A DNA stretch of 64,000 nucleotides from Candidatus Peribacteria bacterium (GTDB taxonomy: Bacteria > Patescibacteriota > Gracilibacteria > Peribacterales > Peribacteraceae). The translations under genes were made by a program, and so were the position numbers. This document shows positions 50,855 to 62,427 of this stretch, one piece after another (the first letter of the stretch is position 1; every line of letters begins with the position of its first letter). Location of the stretch: positions 1-64,000 of the forward strand of contig JBEPVF010000006.1 of assembly GCA_041691135.1 (NCBI GenBank). The letters are read 5' to 3'. Below the pieces are notes generated by a model. The model saw only the letters and a list, made by a program, of their open reading frames with translations, had not been told where the DNA came from and ran no database searches.

Positions 50855-53377
50855 TCAAGTCTGGATTAAGAATTTAACGGGACCGAGAAGACCGGAGGGC
50901 ATGAGAATCGCGTCTTTTTTGTGGAAGTAATTCCATGTCGTGAACGTATAGCGCTCCTTGGAGGGACGAGTCTCGTTCTTGAGAAACCAGTCAGGCAACT
51001 CCTTCATGAAGTAGCCTCCCTTCAGAACGGGATCTCCCATCTCCCAGATGATATCCGGGGGCTCCTGTTCGTCCCCGATGAGACGATTCGCCCAACCATT
51101 GGTGACGGCAATCTCTATCTTGTTTTCGCCTGGAATGGCAGCAGAGGAAATGTCGATACGCCAAGGCGATGTCCAGACAACCCCGAGCTCTTTGCCATTG
51201 ACTGTGACAGTGGCTATATCCTTGACCGTCCCTAGGTCGAGCCATAACTTTTTACTCTTGTCGACATCAGGCAGTTTGAAAGTTTTGGCATAGATGGCTG
51301 TACCGGAATAGAATCTGATCCCTTTCTCGGCATGCATAGACCAATCGGCAAGTGAAGCAAACTCAATAGAGGCAGGCCCACCCCATGTAGGATCGAACTG
51401 AACTTTCCAGCTACCTGTGAGTTCAGTTACCAGAGAAAGAGTTGGTGAGTTACGGGTAGACTTTACGTCACTGTGGGGTTTGCGGAAAATAATAAAAAAA
51501 CTCTGTGCCGGGGCAAAATCGAGATTAAACCTGGTGAAGCCGCTCGACTGGATAGTCTGGAGATCGTGCATGGTACCCCACACGGGGTCCCAAAGCTCAG
51601 GCTGAAGACCTGTGACAGGAAAAGTTAGCTGAGCGCTGCCGCCAGAGTTGCCAATGTTAGCCACAAAATAGATATGCTCCTTGCCGCGAAGGCGATGGAT
51701 GCTTTTCAGATCGAGGCTTCCTTGCTGCAAGGTAAAACTGGCGCTGGTCTGAGTTGAAGCAGGGATAAAGCTTCCGGTCTGGAGCAGCGTCTGGCACCGC
51801 CAGAGATAGGTAAACCAAGCTTTACCGGGCTCCCACCATGTCTGATAGCGGCCCAAGTGGATACCCCACTGTCCCATGGCGTTGCCTGGTTTATACTCCG
51901 GCCCCCACGGTTGCTGGACAAAGTGGTGAATGTTAAAACGGTTGACTCCATCACAGAAGGCGGCATCACCAATGGGTTTGAGCCACGCAGGATTCGCCTG
52001 CCACGAAGCGAGCTCTGGAGCAGTCGTAAATGCTTCGGCTCCTACAATGCGTTGACCAAGCGCATGAGCGGTGTCGTTGACCGAACGGTTTGCAACAGGC
52101 GAATACTTGTTGTTGTGTGTCCAGAATTCCATGTTTGCATGGTCGAGATATTTAACAACCTCAGTGGTGTCCCACGGCCCCTCGTAGGGTTCAGCTACAA
52201 ATTCCAGACCATACTCATGAGCGATAGAGCGCGGTGTCTTCCAATAGCACTCACGGTACAAATCCATAATGGTGCGCTTGAAGTCCTGTTTGAAGCGCGC
52301 AGTTTCGGCTTCACTAACAAGGGTACGGCCAGCCATTGCTGGAAGAAAGGTTAAGAGATCGTAGCCACGGCGAACCTTGAACTCTTCGCTCATCTTTGGG
52401 GTCCAGGTCGGAGTGCCCGCCTCGTAGCTATCAAAATAGAAGGTGCTGAGGCCAGGGTTGCCAATGAGATCACCCACGTGTCTCTTAATGTCCTCAAGGA
52501 CATGTCTGCAGTGGAAGGTGACTGCTTCGACGCTCATCTTGTCGCATTCCAGACCCATGGCCCCCCACTGAGCAGGTTGGATCATGGCGCCGGTCGTAGT
52601 GTGGCCGAAGCGATAGATGGACCAGTTGCCGATGGGTGCGTCCCAGGTAAGTTCGTCGGTAGAACTCAATCTTCCAGTCAGATCGATAATCTTGTCTCTT
52701 GTGGCCGTGCCTTCGGATGGAATAGCAATGACTGCGATGTCGCGGTAATAGTTGCGGCGCGCCTCAACTACCGGAATTCCATCTTTACCCAGTGAGGGAA
52801 TATAGACAGTAGGAAACTGTGCATGAGGATGGGGATCTACCACTGCACGGGCGAGGGTCTTTGTAATATGCCTACCACCTTCAACATGATGCTCGGACCA
52901 GACCACCTCTTGCATGGACAGTTCGGGTGTGATCCATGGGCCGCCACTGCTCTCGTAGCCTGCGCAGTTGTGAAGAATGAGTTCAAGCCCAAGGCGTCGG
53001 CATTCGGTAGCCGCATGACGCACCATAATCCACCAAGGCTCGGTAAAAGTTATGATCTCGGGTGTAGGGCTTTTAAGGATCACGCCTGCCCAAGGGGTAA
53101 GGGTATCGGCAAGACTGAAGATGGTTGCGCCCCCGATACCAGCCTCTTTCATCGCTTCTAGGTCGCGGGTAATGCCCTCTCTACTAATGTTGCTTCCCAT
53201 CCACATCCAAAGAACATAAGGACGAGTTGAGGCGGCCGGCGCTTCAAATGCTTCGGCAAGATCGCTGACTATGGGATCTGGCATGGCACCTGGCACCTTG
53301 CCAACAGCAAATTGCGAGCGAAACAGTAGCGGCGAACTGGCCAAGAATGCAAGTACGTCTCTGCGCGTTGTCGTCAT
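50855..53377 (-). CDS. GH106-like alpha-L-rhamnosidase, Tat-exported
   Basis: TRRDVL Tat motif; LWMWMGSNISREGITRDLEAM, GGPWITPE, FDSYE, AEAFT and PSGLLGPV. Confidence 0.85.
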   Translation of the reverse strand: MTTTRRDVLAFLASSPLLFRSQFAVGKVPGAMPDPIVSDLAEAFEAPAASTRPYVLWMWMGSNISREGITRDLEAMKEAGIGGATIFSLADTLTPWAGVILKSPTPEIITFTEPWWIMVRHAATECRRLGLELILHNCAGYESSGGPWITPELSMQEVVWSEHHVEGGRHITKTLARAVVDPHPHAQFPTVYIPSLGKDGIPVVEARRNYYRDIAVIAIPSEGTATRDKIIDLTGRLSSTDELTWDAPIGNWSIYRFGHTTTGAMIQPAQWGAMGLECDKMSVEAVTFHCRHVLEDIKRHVGDLIGNPGLSTFYFDSYEAGTPTWTPKMSEEFKVRRGYDLLTFLPAMAGRTLVSEAETARFKQDFKRTIMDLYRECYWKTPRSIAHEYGLEFVAEPYEGPWDTTEVVKYLDHANMEFWTHNNKYSPVANRSVNDTAHALGQRIVGAEAFTTAPELASWQANPAWLKPIGDAAFCDGVNRFNIHHFVQQPWGPEYKPGNAMGQWGIHLGRYQTWWEPGKAWFTYLWRCQTLLQTGSFIPASTQTSASFTLQQGSLDLKSIHRLRGKEHIYFVANIGNSGGSAQLTFPVTGLQPELWDPVWGTMHDLQTIQSSGFTRFNLDFAPAQSFFIIFRKPHSDVKSTRNSPTLSLVTELTGSWKVQFDPTWGGPASIEFASLADWSMHAEKGIRFYSGTAIYAKTFKLPDVDKSKKLWLDLGTVKDIATVTVNGKELGVVWTSPWRIDISSAAIPGENKIEIAVTNGWANRLIGDEQEPPDIIWEMGDPVLKGGYFMKELPDWFLKNETRPSKERYTFTTWNYFHKKDAILMPSGLLGPVKFLIQT

Positions 53378-53447
53378 TATCTTTAAACCTCGCACCGCGG
53401 CTTCGGTCCGCGGCAAATATTTCTGTCCATACTTCTATTCTTTGAAC

Positions 53448-55715
53448 TTAGTTACTAATTGGCGAGGTAATGCCGTGTTCGGGAGGAATTGCACGTTCAC
53501 TTGCGTAGACGATAACAGGCTGCTTTGCCTCGACATCCACCACAATCATTCCATTTACTACTCGAACCTTGAACGTGGAGCGGCCCTGTAAGCTCAAAGT
53601 TCGAGCGGTTATCTCGGTTGAATTCCAAGCAGAAGGGATTGTGTAGCGCAGTTGACGTGCAGTGCGCGCATAAAAGGCGATACGAGTTTCGTCGATAGGG
53701 CAGAAGGTAGCATCATTCTTTGCAATCTCCATCCCTTTCCACTCCGCCGAATAAGCCTGACTGGTAATGTCCATAGTTATCTGAGAGCCCAGCTCCAACA
53801 GTAAGCGACGTGATGAGTTCGTACTCTCATAAGCCTCGACAGATAACAAATGCAGCTTGCTGAAAGGAAGCGCAATAAGATAATAAAAGTCCGTCATCTT
53901 CGTACGGTCAGTATCTGCCTGGAACCACAGCGCGGATCGCGTATTCCAAAAGAGCTCGCGTTGAGGATGGATCGCCCCTCCTCCTGTGCCCCATATAGCA
54001 GCACCCCGATAGATCATCGATAGCATTGGCACCGCCTCGCCACCAAATGGACAATTGCTTATCCCCGGACCATCCATGGATACAGACAGCTTTCCGATGA
54101 AAGGGTATCGCAATTGCTCTGAGGTCACTGCGATCCCACGCTCGCGAAACTGTTCCAAAATCTTGTACTTGCCGTCTACGAGATTTTTATATCCGCTTGC
54201 GGGTTTTTGAGGATCCCAATCATTACGAACCGCAAACCAGGACATTGCATCGATCAGAATCGCATCGCTGATCTTAAAGTGATCGTTGGTAAAGGCAATC
54301 CGCCTACTCCCCCACCCACCTTCCATGTATTTGGCCATGCCAACGACGTAAGAATCTTCTCCATCCCAAGCCCTGCTCTTCCATATCTTGCCATCAGGCC
54401 TGCGAGCGATGAACGCCTCATCGAACAGAGGGCTACTCTTATATGCATCGTCATAATTAACGTTTAGCGTCACGTTGGCATTAAAGCGTTTACCTGTCTG
54501 AATTAGCGCTTGAAGCTCTGCATCCGTTCCCAGGCTGGCGCTAATCTTGTCTTCTGACGGAAAGCCAGTGTCTTGTCCATCGTAGGCGAACCCGCTAATG
54601 AAGGCGATTTGTGGAGCGTTGTCGGTCAACATGGCGATGTCACGCACTAAGGTTTCGCTCTGCTCGAATGTCGTTCTCGGCTGAGTATCGATCTTCCTTT
54701 TTCCCGCAACTATGTAAAGAAACTTATCGGAAAAATATTGTGTGGGTGCACTTGGCATGCGAGCGCGCATAATTTTCGCCCCCGTCAACCATGGCTGCGC
54801 CTGTCCTTCACATGAGAAAAAATCGAAGCGCGTTCTCGGCGTCTGCCCAACAATCAAATTTAACGTTTTACTGTCTCCGCAAATAGGTGGCCCACCGTCA
54901 TTCATGTTGTAGCAGCGACCGCCATGTACGCGGTGGGTCATGACACAACCTAGTGTGGCGTGACGATAGCCTGAAGTTCCCTTTATTTCGGTTTCGGTGC
55001 CATCATGAAAAGCACTCACCTCCATTAGGCATCCAATGCCAGACCTTCCCACCATACCGACCGGCAGCTCCGTGCTGATCCGGCCAAAGTATTCGTTATC
55101 AGGAAGACGAAAGGCCTTTGAATCTTCCAGCTTTACGAAAGAACCGCCTCCGCGTCCCTCGGCCATCCATGCGGGCCCATCCTCTTCACGTACACACATT
55201 AGCTGTGGCAGTGCTACCTCAATCAGTTCGAAACCCGATTGTTCTTTCACCGACTCCATCGTTATAACGAGAGACGCTCCATCAATAGCGTAGTGTAAGC
55301 AAAATGTTGACACTGTACTTCCTGCAAAGTCCAACCGAAACTCGCAGACCAGAGCATAATTTGCCTGTTTGACCGAAATCAATTGGGCCGGTACAACTCG
55401 GTATTCACGAGGCTCTAATCGGCACACAATGGCCCGTGCTGGTTGTCCTTCATCCTCTCCCCATAGCCGTTGTCCGTTGAACTCGTACGAATAGGGAAGC
55501 CCGTCTTTCGAATCCAACGTCACTTTAAGCTCTGCAGTGCTCACAGTAACGGGCTTAACGGGAGCCCGCCTCTTGCGCTCCGGTTGGCCTTGAGCAGTTG
55601 CATCAAGAGCACAAGCAGATATGGAAGCAATACCCAAAATAGGCTGTACCGCTTTGGAGACCGCACTGCTTCCAGCTAGCCGTGCGGCATCCTTGATCAA
55701 ATCTCTGCGATTCAT
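53448..55715 (-). CDS. Tat-exported glycoside hydrolase, GH101/GH129-like TIM barrel
   Basis: MNRRDL; GFAYDGQDTGFP and LNVNYDDAY resemble endo-alpha-N-acetylgalactosaminidase-family motifs. Confidence 0.6.
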   Translation of the reverse strand: MNRRDLIKDAARLAGSSAVSKAVQPILGIASISACALDATAQGQPERKRRAPVKPVTVSTAELKVTLDSKDGLPYSYEFNGQRLWGEDEGQPARAIVCRLEPREYRVVPAQLISVKQANYALVCEFRLDFAGSTVSTFCLHYAIDGASLVITMESVKEQSGFELIEVALPQLMCVREEDGPAWMAEGRGGGSFVKLEDSKAFRLPDNEYFGRISTELPVGMVGRSGIGCLMEVSAFHDGTETEIKGTSGYRHATLGCVMTHRVHGGRCYNMNDGGPPICGDSKTLNLIVGQTPRTRFDFFSCEGQAQPWLTGAKIMRARMPSAPTQYFSDKFLYIVAGKRKIDTQPRTTFEQSETLVRDIAMLTDNAPQIAFISGFAYDGQDTGFPSEDKISASLGTDAELQALIQTGKRFNANVTLNVNYDDAYKSSPLFDEAFIARRPDGKIWKSRAWDGEDSYVVGMAKYMEGGWGSRRIAFTNDHFKISDAILIDAMSWFAVRNDWDPQKPASGYKNLVDGKYKILEQFRERGIAVTSEQLRYPFIGKLSVSMDGPGISNCPFGGEAVPMLSMIYRGAAIWGTGGGAIHPQRELFWNTRSALWFQADTDRTKMTDFYYLIALPFSKLHLLSVEAYESTNSSRRLLLELGSQITMDITSQAYSAEWKGMEIAKNDATFCPIDETRIAFYARTARQLRYTIPSAWNSTEITARTLSLQGRSTFKVRVVNGMIVVDVEAKQPVIVYASERAIPPEHGITSPISN

Positions 55716-55737
55716 AATTATCTAAACCCTCTTGTAG

Positions 55738-55770
55738 AAAAGATGGGGGCAAGGTGCCTCGCCCCCATCG
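55738..55770 (-). terminator. Hairpin/terminator after the island TonB receptor
   Basis: GATGGGGGCGAGG-CA-CCTTGCCCCCATC followed by a short T tract on the minus strand. Confidence 0.6.
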
Positions 55771-55793
55771 GGCTGTCCGAATTACGCGTAGTA

Positions 55794-58700
55794 CTAGAAG
55801 CTTAGCTTGAGTGCGAATTGAAGTTGGCGCGGAAGGCCGGCAATGCTATTGATCACTCCAAAATTCGTATCACTAAAGTTGCCGTCAGGAAGTCCAGGAT
55901 TAATAATGTTGAAGACGTTGAATGCCTCTGCGCGGAACTCTACGTTTCCAGTCTCGGCAAATGGAAAGTTTTTGAACAGGGATAGATCTGCGTTCTTGTA
56001 AGGCTGGCCTCGCATACTCCCTTTTCGGACATTACCGAAGGTGTAGGACGCCGGAGCCACAAAAGCGGATTTATTGAACGCTAGTTTGTATGTAGGGTGG
56101 CTTAGATTTGGATTGCCCACCTGATTCGGCCGTTCATTTCCACCTGTCCCTACATTGGCAATATCACCATTAACACCCAGAGAGTAGCTTTGGCCACTCC
56201 TAAATTGAGTGAGTGTATTGACTTGCCAACCACCCAGCACATAGGAAATAGGGCCTGACTTCAGGAATGGTTTTCCTTTGCCAAAGGGTAGCTCGTAGAG
56301 AGCAGATATTGAGAGGAACTGAGGAATGTTATATCCAGACGGCCCGTAGTTGGATCCCGGATCGTAGTAATTCTCCATGGAGGTTCCGGGCCCATCTTCC
56401 GCATTGAAGAGCCCAGAGCCGGTATCAAGTGATTTGGAAAAGGTATATGAGACCAATGCTTGTAGCCCATTGGCAAGTCGCTGCTCCAACTTGGCTTGGA
56501 ACGAGTTGTAGTTTCCTGTTCCTCGCGAACTGTCATAGTGGAAATTCGTCATGTATGGAAATGGTCTGCGGGCGTTGACTTGTGCTGCAGTTCCAGGACC
56601 AGGCGTCACTGCTGAATTCGCACCTCCAGAGTTGTAATCTAAATGCCGCGACACACTGCCTACATAACCAGCTGACAAAAGTGTTTTCTTGGAGAAGGAG
56701 TGCTCCACCAACAAGTTGAACTGCTCTGAGTAAGGGGGGCGAAATTTAGGGCTGTAATAGTAATTGCTGTCGTTGAAGGGACCGCCGGTTGTAAGTGGAG
56801 TACCGACTGAGGCCTGTGCCGCCGTAACTGTGACAAGAGGCGTACCCAAAACGTTGTATGTTTGGGAGACTGAGCCCTTAGCTGGCCATTCCCCAACCGT
56901 ATTCGACAGTAATTGGCTGATTCCATTCAAAGTGTCATACACAATCCCAAAGCCTCCGTGAACAACGGTGGAAGGCTGAATCATGTATGCAAACCCCACC
57001 CGTGGCCCGAACTGCAAGTTCAAAGAAGCTGGCGCTCTCGATGCTACAGGCGAGACAATGATATGGCTACCGGCGACAGAACCATCTCGGCCAATAATTG
57101 CCGCCAAATTCACAGCCGCATCGGTACTTGCTCCCGGAATGCAGGGAGCGACAGGTTTCGCAAGACACGAGGGCGGCAGAACACCGCCGCCTATCTCCCA
57201 GTTACCAGTATCAAAATTGAACCCATTATTCATTCCGGCAGTAAAGCTGGGCTGGTTCTGTCGGTCGTAACGCAACCCTAGGTTCATTGTTAATTTAGGG
57301 GTTACTTTCCAAGAGTCACCTGCATAGATAGCGTACGCAGGAATTCCATATTTAATAGTGTTTTGCCCCTGGAAGTTGCCCGAGCTAGGATAAGCAAGTA
57401 GGGCGGAAGCTACTGCGTTACCCGTCGTAGACAAATTCGCTGGATCTGCTGTCTGAGCGGTATCGAAATTCAGATTCTGGCCTGTACCATGCTGGGACCT
57501 ATATTGCTCAATCACAGTTGACCCGAAGCTAAGGCTATGCCTACCTAATTGCCAGTTGAGGACTCCGCCAACCGACCATGATGAATTGCGCCGCAACGCA
57601 GTGCTGTTCAGCCCGGACCCACCGTAAGCCGCAAGGTTAACCGCCACGGGACCATATTGATCGATGCCTTGAAAGCCCAATTGAGTGAGTGGAGCGAGGC
57701 CCACCGTTGAGAGGTTGACGAAGGTGAAAGCTCGACTTGCCCGGCCACCGTTGATGTTCAGTACCATCTTGGGAGAAAAAACATGCGTGATGCCCGCTCC
57801 GATATTGAGCCCTCCAAAATCTGTCGTATTACTTAGTTTGTGTGTTGAAGGCTGGTTAAGAAAGCTAAACATGTTGCTCCAGCGGAAGAATACGGTGTCC
57901 TTCTTGGTCACAACCTGATCGAGCCTGCCTTGGTAGTTGTTATCGTTATTAGTTGACGGGGCATTCAAGATCTCATTGAAATTTGAATTCCCAGTAAGGT
58001 TGGGTCGGTCGAAGTATGCTTGTATGTATCCCTGCATCTGCGCGTTGATCCGGCCAGAAGGGATCATACTGTTTGCAAACTGTTGCCGAGTATAAGTCTG
58101 GGTCGTTGAATTGAAGGTGGTCGTTGTAGGATCGAAAATCTGTGTGTTGCTGTGAGAAACAGTGAAGTTTCCACTGATCTCAGTATCTGTCGGCACATTG
58201 TAGAGGCTGGCCGTCGGGTTACTGAAGCGCCATCCCTCATAGCCGAAGAAGAAGAAAGTCTTGTCCATGCCGTTATAAAGCTTCGGTATACGAACCGGAC
58301 CACCAATTGTTCCGCCAAATTCGTTTTGATGAAATGCGCCAACCTTTTTTGCGCTTCCATCCGAGTTAATGTCAGTAAAAGGGTTACGTGCATTGAAGGC
58401 ATTGTTTCGGATGAATTCCCAGGTGCTACCGTGAAACTGGTTGGTTCCAGACTTGCTGATCAAGTTCACCACACCGCCCAGAACCGATCCAAATGCAGGA
58501 TCGTCGTTGTGTGACTGTACTTTGAATTCGCTGATTCCATCGATGATCGGTAAGACCGTATAAGTTGTCGTCCGAAAGTCAGTGTTGACAACCCCGTCCA
58601 GAAGGTAAAGTGTCTCCCTATTTTGCTGCCCATTAATGGCTGGATTTGAGAACGAACTTCCGGGAATGGCAACGGCCCCGCCATCATCCGTACCGATGCG

Positions 58701-59243
58701 CGCACCCTGACTGGTACTCACTGGAGTGGCACCGGGTACGAGGGTCAGTAGTTGAGTGAAGTTACGACCGTTTAGCGGCAGATCTTTAACTGCTTGCTCT
58801 CCAATCACAGTCCCCAGAGTTGAACTTGTAGAGTTCAATAACTCACCTTGCCCTTGCACTTCGACCGTTATCGAAGCAGCCCCAACTGAGAGCTTTGGGT
58901 TAATGGTGATGCTCTGATTTACATCGAGCTTGATTGAATTCGTTGTCATCGACTGAAAGCCTTCTTTAGAGATCGTCACCTGATAGTTTCCCGTTGGCAA
59001 CAATGTCAAAAGATATTCTCCGTGCGAGCCACTCTGTGTTGAACGGGCAGCTCGGGTATCAGTGTTCACGACGTTAATATTCGCGTCGGGAACGGCCGCC
59101 CCGGTTGAATCTTGAACAGTCCCGGTAATTTGGCCCGTCGTCGTTTGCGCAGCTAGTCGATAGCTCGACAGCACAAATATTGCAACAGCTATGACATAAA
59201 AAAACTTACATATTATTCTCACTCGAAGCCTCCGGGAAAACAT
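55794..59243 (-). CDS. TonB-dependent receptor (Oar-like)
   Basis: LPLNGRNF, QNEFGGTIGGP and FRAEAFNVFN...RQLQFALKLSF. Confidence 0.93.
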   Translation of the reverse strand: MFSRRLRVRIICKFFYVIAVAIFVLSSYRLAAQTTTGQITGTVQDSTGAAVPDANINVVNTDTRAARSTQSGSHGEYLLTLLPTGNYQVTISKEGFQSMTTNSIKLDVNQSITINPKLSVGAASITVEVQGQGELLNSTSSTLGTVIGEQAVKDLPLNGRNFTQLLTLVPGATPVSTSQGARIGTDDGGAVAIPGSSFSNPAINGQQNRETLYLLDGVVNTDFRTTTYTVLPIIDGISEFKVQSHNDDPAFGSVLGGVVNLISKSGTNQFHGSTWEFIRNNAFNARNPFTDINSDGSAKKVGAFHQNEFGGTIGGPVRIPKLYNGMDKTFFFFGYEGWRFSNPTASLYNVPTDTEISGNFTVSHSNTQIFDPTTTTFNSTTQTYTRQQFANSMIPSGRINAQMQGYIQAYFDRPNLTGNSNFNEILNAPSTNNDNNYQGRLDQVVTKKDTVFFRWSNMFSFLNQPSTHKLSNTTDFGGLNIGAGITHVFSPKMVLNINGGRASRAFTFVNLSTVGLAPLTQLGFQGIDQYGPVAVNLAAYGGSGLNSTALRRNSSWSVGGVLNWQLGRHSLSFGSTVIEQYRSQHGTGQNLNFDTAQTADPANLSTTGNAVASALLAYPSSGNFQGQNTIKYGIPAYAIYAGDSWKVTPKLTMNLGLRYDRQNQPSFTAGMNNGFNFDTGNWEIGGGVLPPSCLAKPVAPCIPGASTDAAVNLAAIIGRDGSVAGSHIIVSPVASRAPASLNLQFGPRVGFAYMIQPSTVVHGGFGIVYDTLNGISQLLSNTVGEWPAKGSVSQTYNVLGTPLVTVTAAQASVGTPLTTGGPFNDSNYYYSPKFRPPYSEQFNLLVEHSFSKKTLLSAGYVGSVSRHLDYNSGGANSAVTPGPGTAAQVNARRPFPYMTNFHYDSSRGTGNYNSFQAKLEQRLANGLQALVSYTFSKSLDTGSGLFNAEDGPGTSMENYYDPGSNYGPSGYNIPQFLSISALYELPFGKGKPFLKSGPISYVLGGWQVNTLTQFRSGQSYSLGVNGDIANVGTGGNERPNQVGNPNLSHPTYKLAFNKSAFVAPASYTFGNVRKGSMRGQPYKNADLSLFKNFPFAETGNVEFRAEAFNVFNIINPGLPDGNFSDTNFGVINSIAGLPRQLQFALKLSF

Positions 59244-59292
59244 TTACTGAGATTCCAGTAATGTCAAAAAGCGCATGGACATTGTGGAGGAA

Positions 59293-59345
59293 AAGATAGG
59301 GGGAGAAAGGCACGACTGTCAATATATTATTCGATAACTTTATCG
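59293..59345 (-). promoter_or_regulatory. Promoter and palindromic operator upstream of the island receptor
   Basis: Minus-strand TTGACA (59317-59322)-N18-TATCTT; palindrome CGATAAC/TTTATCG at 59332-59345. Confidence 0.45.
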
Positions 59346-60189
59346 CAATAGATTCTGCTATAGATGAACTAAGTGCAATATCAACAATAAGTTAAGTGGA
59401 ATTGATGAATGGCAGAAATAATTTCACAGGTGACAATTAATTATCGTATATGGTGCACTATTTTAGGCCAGCGCTGATATTTGGATGGTCCAACTGTCGT
59501 GGTGTTCGTACTCCTCGACGCGACAACGCAGTCTGGTGCTGCTACGCCGCGAACTTCTAAAACGAACCTATCTGAAGAGGATTACAGCTATGACCTTGAT
59601 ACGAGCCGTGCACAAGATGCTAGCTTTGCGACCGGATTCCGCTTCACGGAAAATGCGATGAACTTCATCGTGGAAACCGAGAACGGAGCGGAAGTAGTAA
59701 AGAGGATAATGCCAAAGTGACGATCTGAGCGCTTCGGATTTACAAACGGCGGACGCCCATTCTCGCAAGGCTACAGTTACAATCTGTTTGCGGAGAATTC
59801 AATCGCCGTTAGATATTATTGGATGAGTAATAAGCAACAACTACGCTCAGGCTCACCTCATTCAAAATAGGGAATTCCCACAGCATGTGAGACCTGCTCA
59901 AGCTGCAAACGTTAGTTTGATGACAAGTTGAGCTTGGACTACATGCTATTGAGCAAAGTAAACGATTATTCTAAATTTACGCAATCCCTCTGTTCGAAAT
60001 TTAACTCCGACACTACGCAAAGGTGAGACTGCGCAAATCCGAACAACCACGCCGTCCTCCCGATCGGCTCCCTCGAAAGCTCGGGATCAACGGTATCCCT
60101 GAACGGGCATCCCCCGAATTTCATTGCCGATTACCTGACCATACTGCAGCAGAAGCTGCACGGTTCAATGTCCCTTAATTTCAAGTACC

Positions 60190-60878
60190 TTGTATATTGC
60201 AATGTATGACTGTATTGCCTCAACAGCAACCTCTGGAGAGCAATTCGAACGCTTAGAAGAAAGCGGCCCTCCTTACGTTCTTATAGATCGTAATTTTCCG
60301 GGGCATCCAGCCAATTTCGTTGGCATTGATGATGTTGCGGCCGGCCGCATAGCTACCGAACACCTAATTAATATAGGCTGTCGTCTTGTGGCTCATATAG
60401 GCGGAAGAAGAAACAGCACTGGAGTGAGCAGACTGGAGGGATACAACAGGCTCTCCACACTCGCCATAAGTCTTACTTAAAAGAGTATGTAGCAAGCCGC
60501 ACAAATGTCGATACGGATAGCAAGCAACATGGCGCAGAGGCAATGCGATCCTTACTGCAGTGCAATCCCCTACCCGACGGGGTCTTCTGTTATAAGGATC
60601 CGCTCGCAATCGGAGCTATGGACGCAATTCTCGAAGCTGGCTTACGAATACCGGAAGACATTGCTATCTTCGGCTGCGGAAATTTGCACTACGACAGTTC
60701 TCTTCGCGTCCCATTATCCAGCATCGATCAACACAGCCACTTGATTGGACGGCGCGCAGGAGAGATTGTCTCGATCTTATCGAATCAAAAGTGCAGCAGC
60801 CATCGCGAAGCATCCTGCTCGATCCGGCGCTCGTCATTCGCTCCTCTTCACGAATGCAAGCACATACGAGAAGACTGA
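60190..60878 (+). pseudogene. LacI-family regulator remnant (no HTH, frameshifted)
   Basis: Fragments PYVLIDRNF...VAHIGG and DGVFCY...IPEDIAIFGCGNL in different frames; resembles 29864-30886. Confidence 0.85.
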
Positions 60879-61200
60879 CCTCGCCCGTCAAAAAATACTC
60901 GCAGCAAACGTAGCTTCAGTCCGAGTGCTCAGGTAGTCCGGATGGCCAGGTGTTTGCAAACCCATAGCCAATCGCCTTTTGTACTTCTCTTACGAGGGAG
61001 AAGTCGAGCGCGTTCTCAGCTGAGAGTACATTGAGTTTCACTTCTTAAGCCGTTGCCATTCCAATTATGGTGCTTGTGACGGAGGGATGTGCTAATGAGA
61101 ACTGTAGGGCAAGCGTTGATATATCCGTGCCGTGCTTTAATGCCACCTCTGTAAAGCGGAAAAAGTCGAATTTACTCAAATCGTTCAACCGCTAAGCTTG

Positions 61201-62310
61201 CTATTTGATTCGCTGCCTTGCATATCTAATTTCGTTATAGCCGTTACTTTGAGTAATCGGACCGATCTCGAAAAGTGTGTTCATATCCCGTAGAACTACC
61301 AAGCAGCGACTATACCCTTTTCCCAGGACAGAACCGACCTGCGTCCAACTCGAGCCTGAAACGGCATAGGCCTTATTGGTGAATAAATTGTTCGAACTGT
61401 TTGAAACAGATACCAACGTTCCATCTGCTCCGCCAGAAGGCATCCAAACAATGTACGGGGTTCCTCCGGATCCAGGAATCTTCGTTCCCACATTTGGCGC
61501 ATCCCAAATCTCTGGATTCTGAGTAATCTTATAGCTTGTATATTGAGTGCCATCACAAACGCACTCCCAGGTCATGATATAGCTTCCGTTCCCCATTTTG
61601 GCCACTACCGGCATCCCAGGACGCTCACTCGGCGCGATCGCCACATCCTCAATTGTTCTACCCCAGTTCACTCCGTCTGCTGAAGTCTGGTGAACTATCA
61701 TCTGATTATGAAGGGGCTTACCCCGCTCGTCTGAATAATAGACAATGAGCTTCCCGTTCGCTAGCAATGCGAACGGTTCCCACACTGGACTATGCTTGCT
61801 ATCCGGAATTGCGTTGCCTCCATCGGCAATATGGCTCACAAACATCCATGTCGCGCCTTTATCGTTGCTTTTGTACATATCGATTTGAGTTTTGGAGAGA
61901 TCGGGTGGAATCGAATTGCCGAAGCACAAGATGGTTCCCGCAGGCATGAGACCTAAAGGTTGTGGCAACTCGTAAAGAAATGGCTGCAATCGCATTCCCC
62001 ATCCGTTCCGAGTATCGGTCACGTCGGAAAGATGGGACCAGGTAGCTCCTCCATCGGAACTGCGGTAAACCGGAAATACCGGAACGCCACGGGTATACTG
62101 CTCAAATGTTGCAAGCATGTAACCATTTTTAGCGCCCGCATGCTTGAGTTGAATAGCCCGTGGATAGAGTGATCCTGGCTTAGGACTTGGACTGCGAGGC
62201 CCATACATGGTGGAAGGTCGATCTATCGCTGCCCAGACGCGCACACTAGACGAAAATAGAAAAATTAAACTAAGCGTAAAACATAAAATCTGGCCAAAAA
62301 AATGTTTCAT
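61201..62310 (-). CDS. BNR/Asp-box beta-propeller glycosidase (GH93 exo-arabinanase-like)
   Basis: Signal peptide; LYPRAIQL, SSDGGATW, QPFLYELP, PVWEPF, YYSDE and RPGMP; SD AAGGAG. Confidence 0.78.
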   Translation of the reverse strand: MKHFFGQILCFTLSLIFLFSSSVRVWAAIDRPSTMYGPRSPSPKPGSLYPRAIQLKHAGAKNGYMLATFEQYTRGVPVFPVYRSSDGGATWSHLSDVTDTRNGWGMRLQPFLYELPQPLGLMPAGTILCFGNSIPPDLSKTQIDMYKSNDKGATWMFVSHIADGGNAIPDSKHSPVWEPFALLANGKLIVYYSDERGKPLHNQMIVHQTSADGVNWGRTIEDVAIAPSERPGMPVVAKMGNGSYIMTWECVCDGTQYTSYKITQNPEIWDAPNVGTKIPGSGGTPYIVWMPSGGADGTLVSVSNSSNNLFTNKAYAVSGSSWTQVGSVLGKGYSRCLVVLRDMNTLFEIGPITQSNGYNEIRYARQRIK

Positions 62311-62427
62311 AAAGCTCCTTTTTGGGGCGAATTGCAGATTGTCCATAAAATGCGATCGTGTATCTTTAGCTTTTCGATGGCGAAGCGTTCAATTTGGGAG
62401 TGCGCCTGAAGCCAATCCAGCAACTCC

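Noticed and set aside
59481-60180. Short ORF 59481-59720 and neighbouring sequence
   Set aside because: No recognisable motif; possibly decayed gene debris, but cannot be supported.
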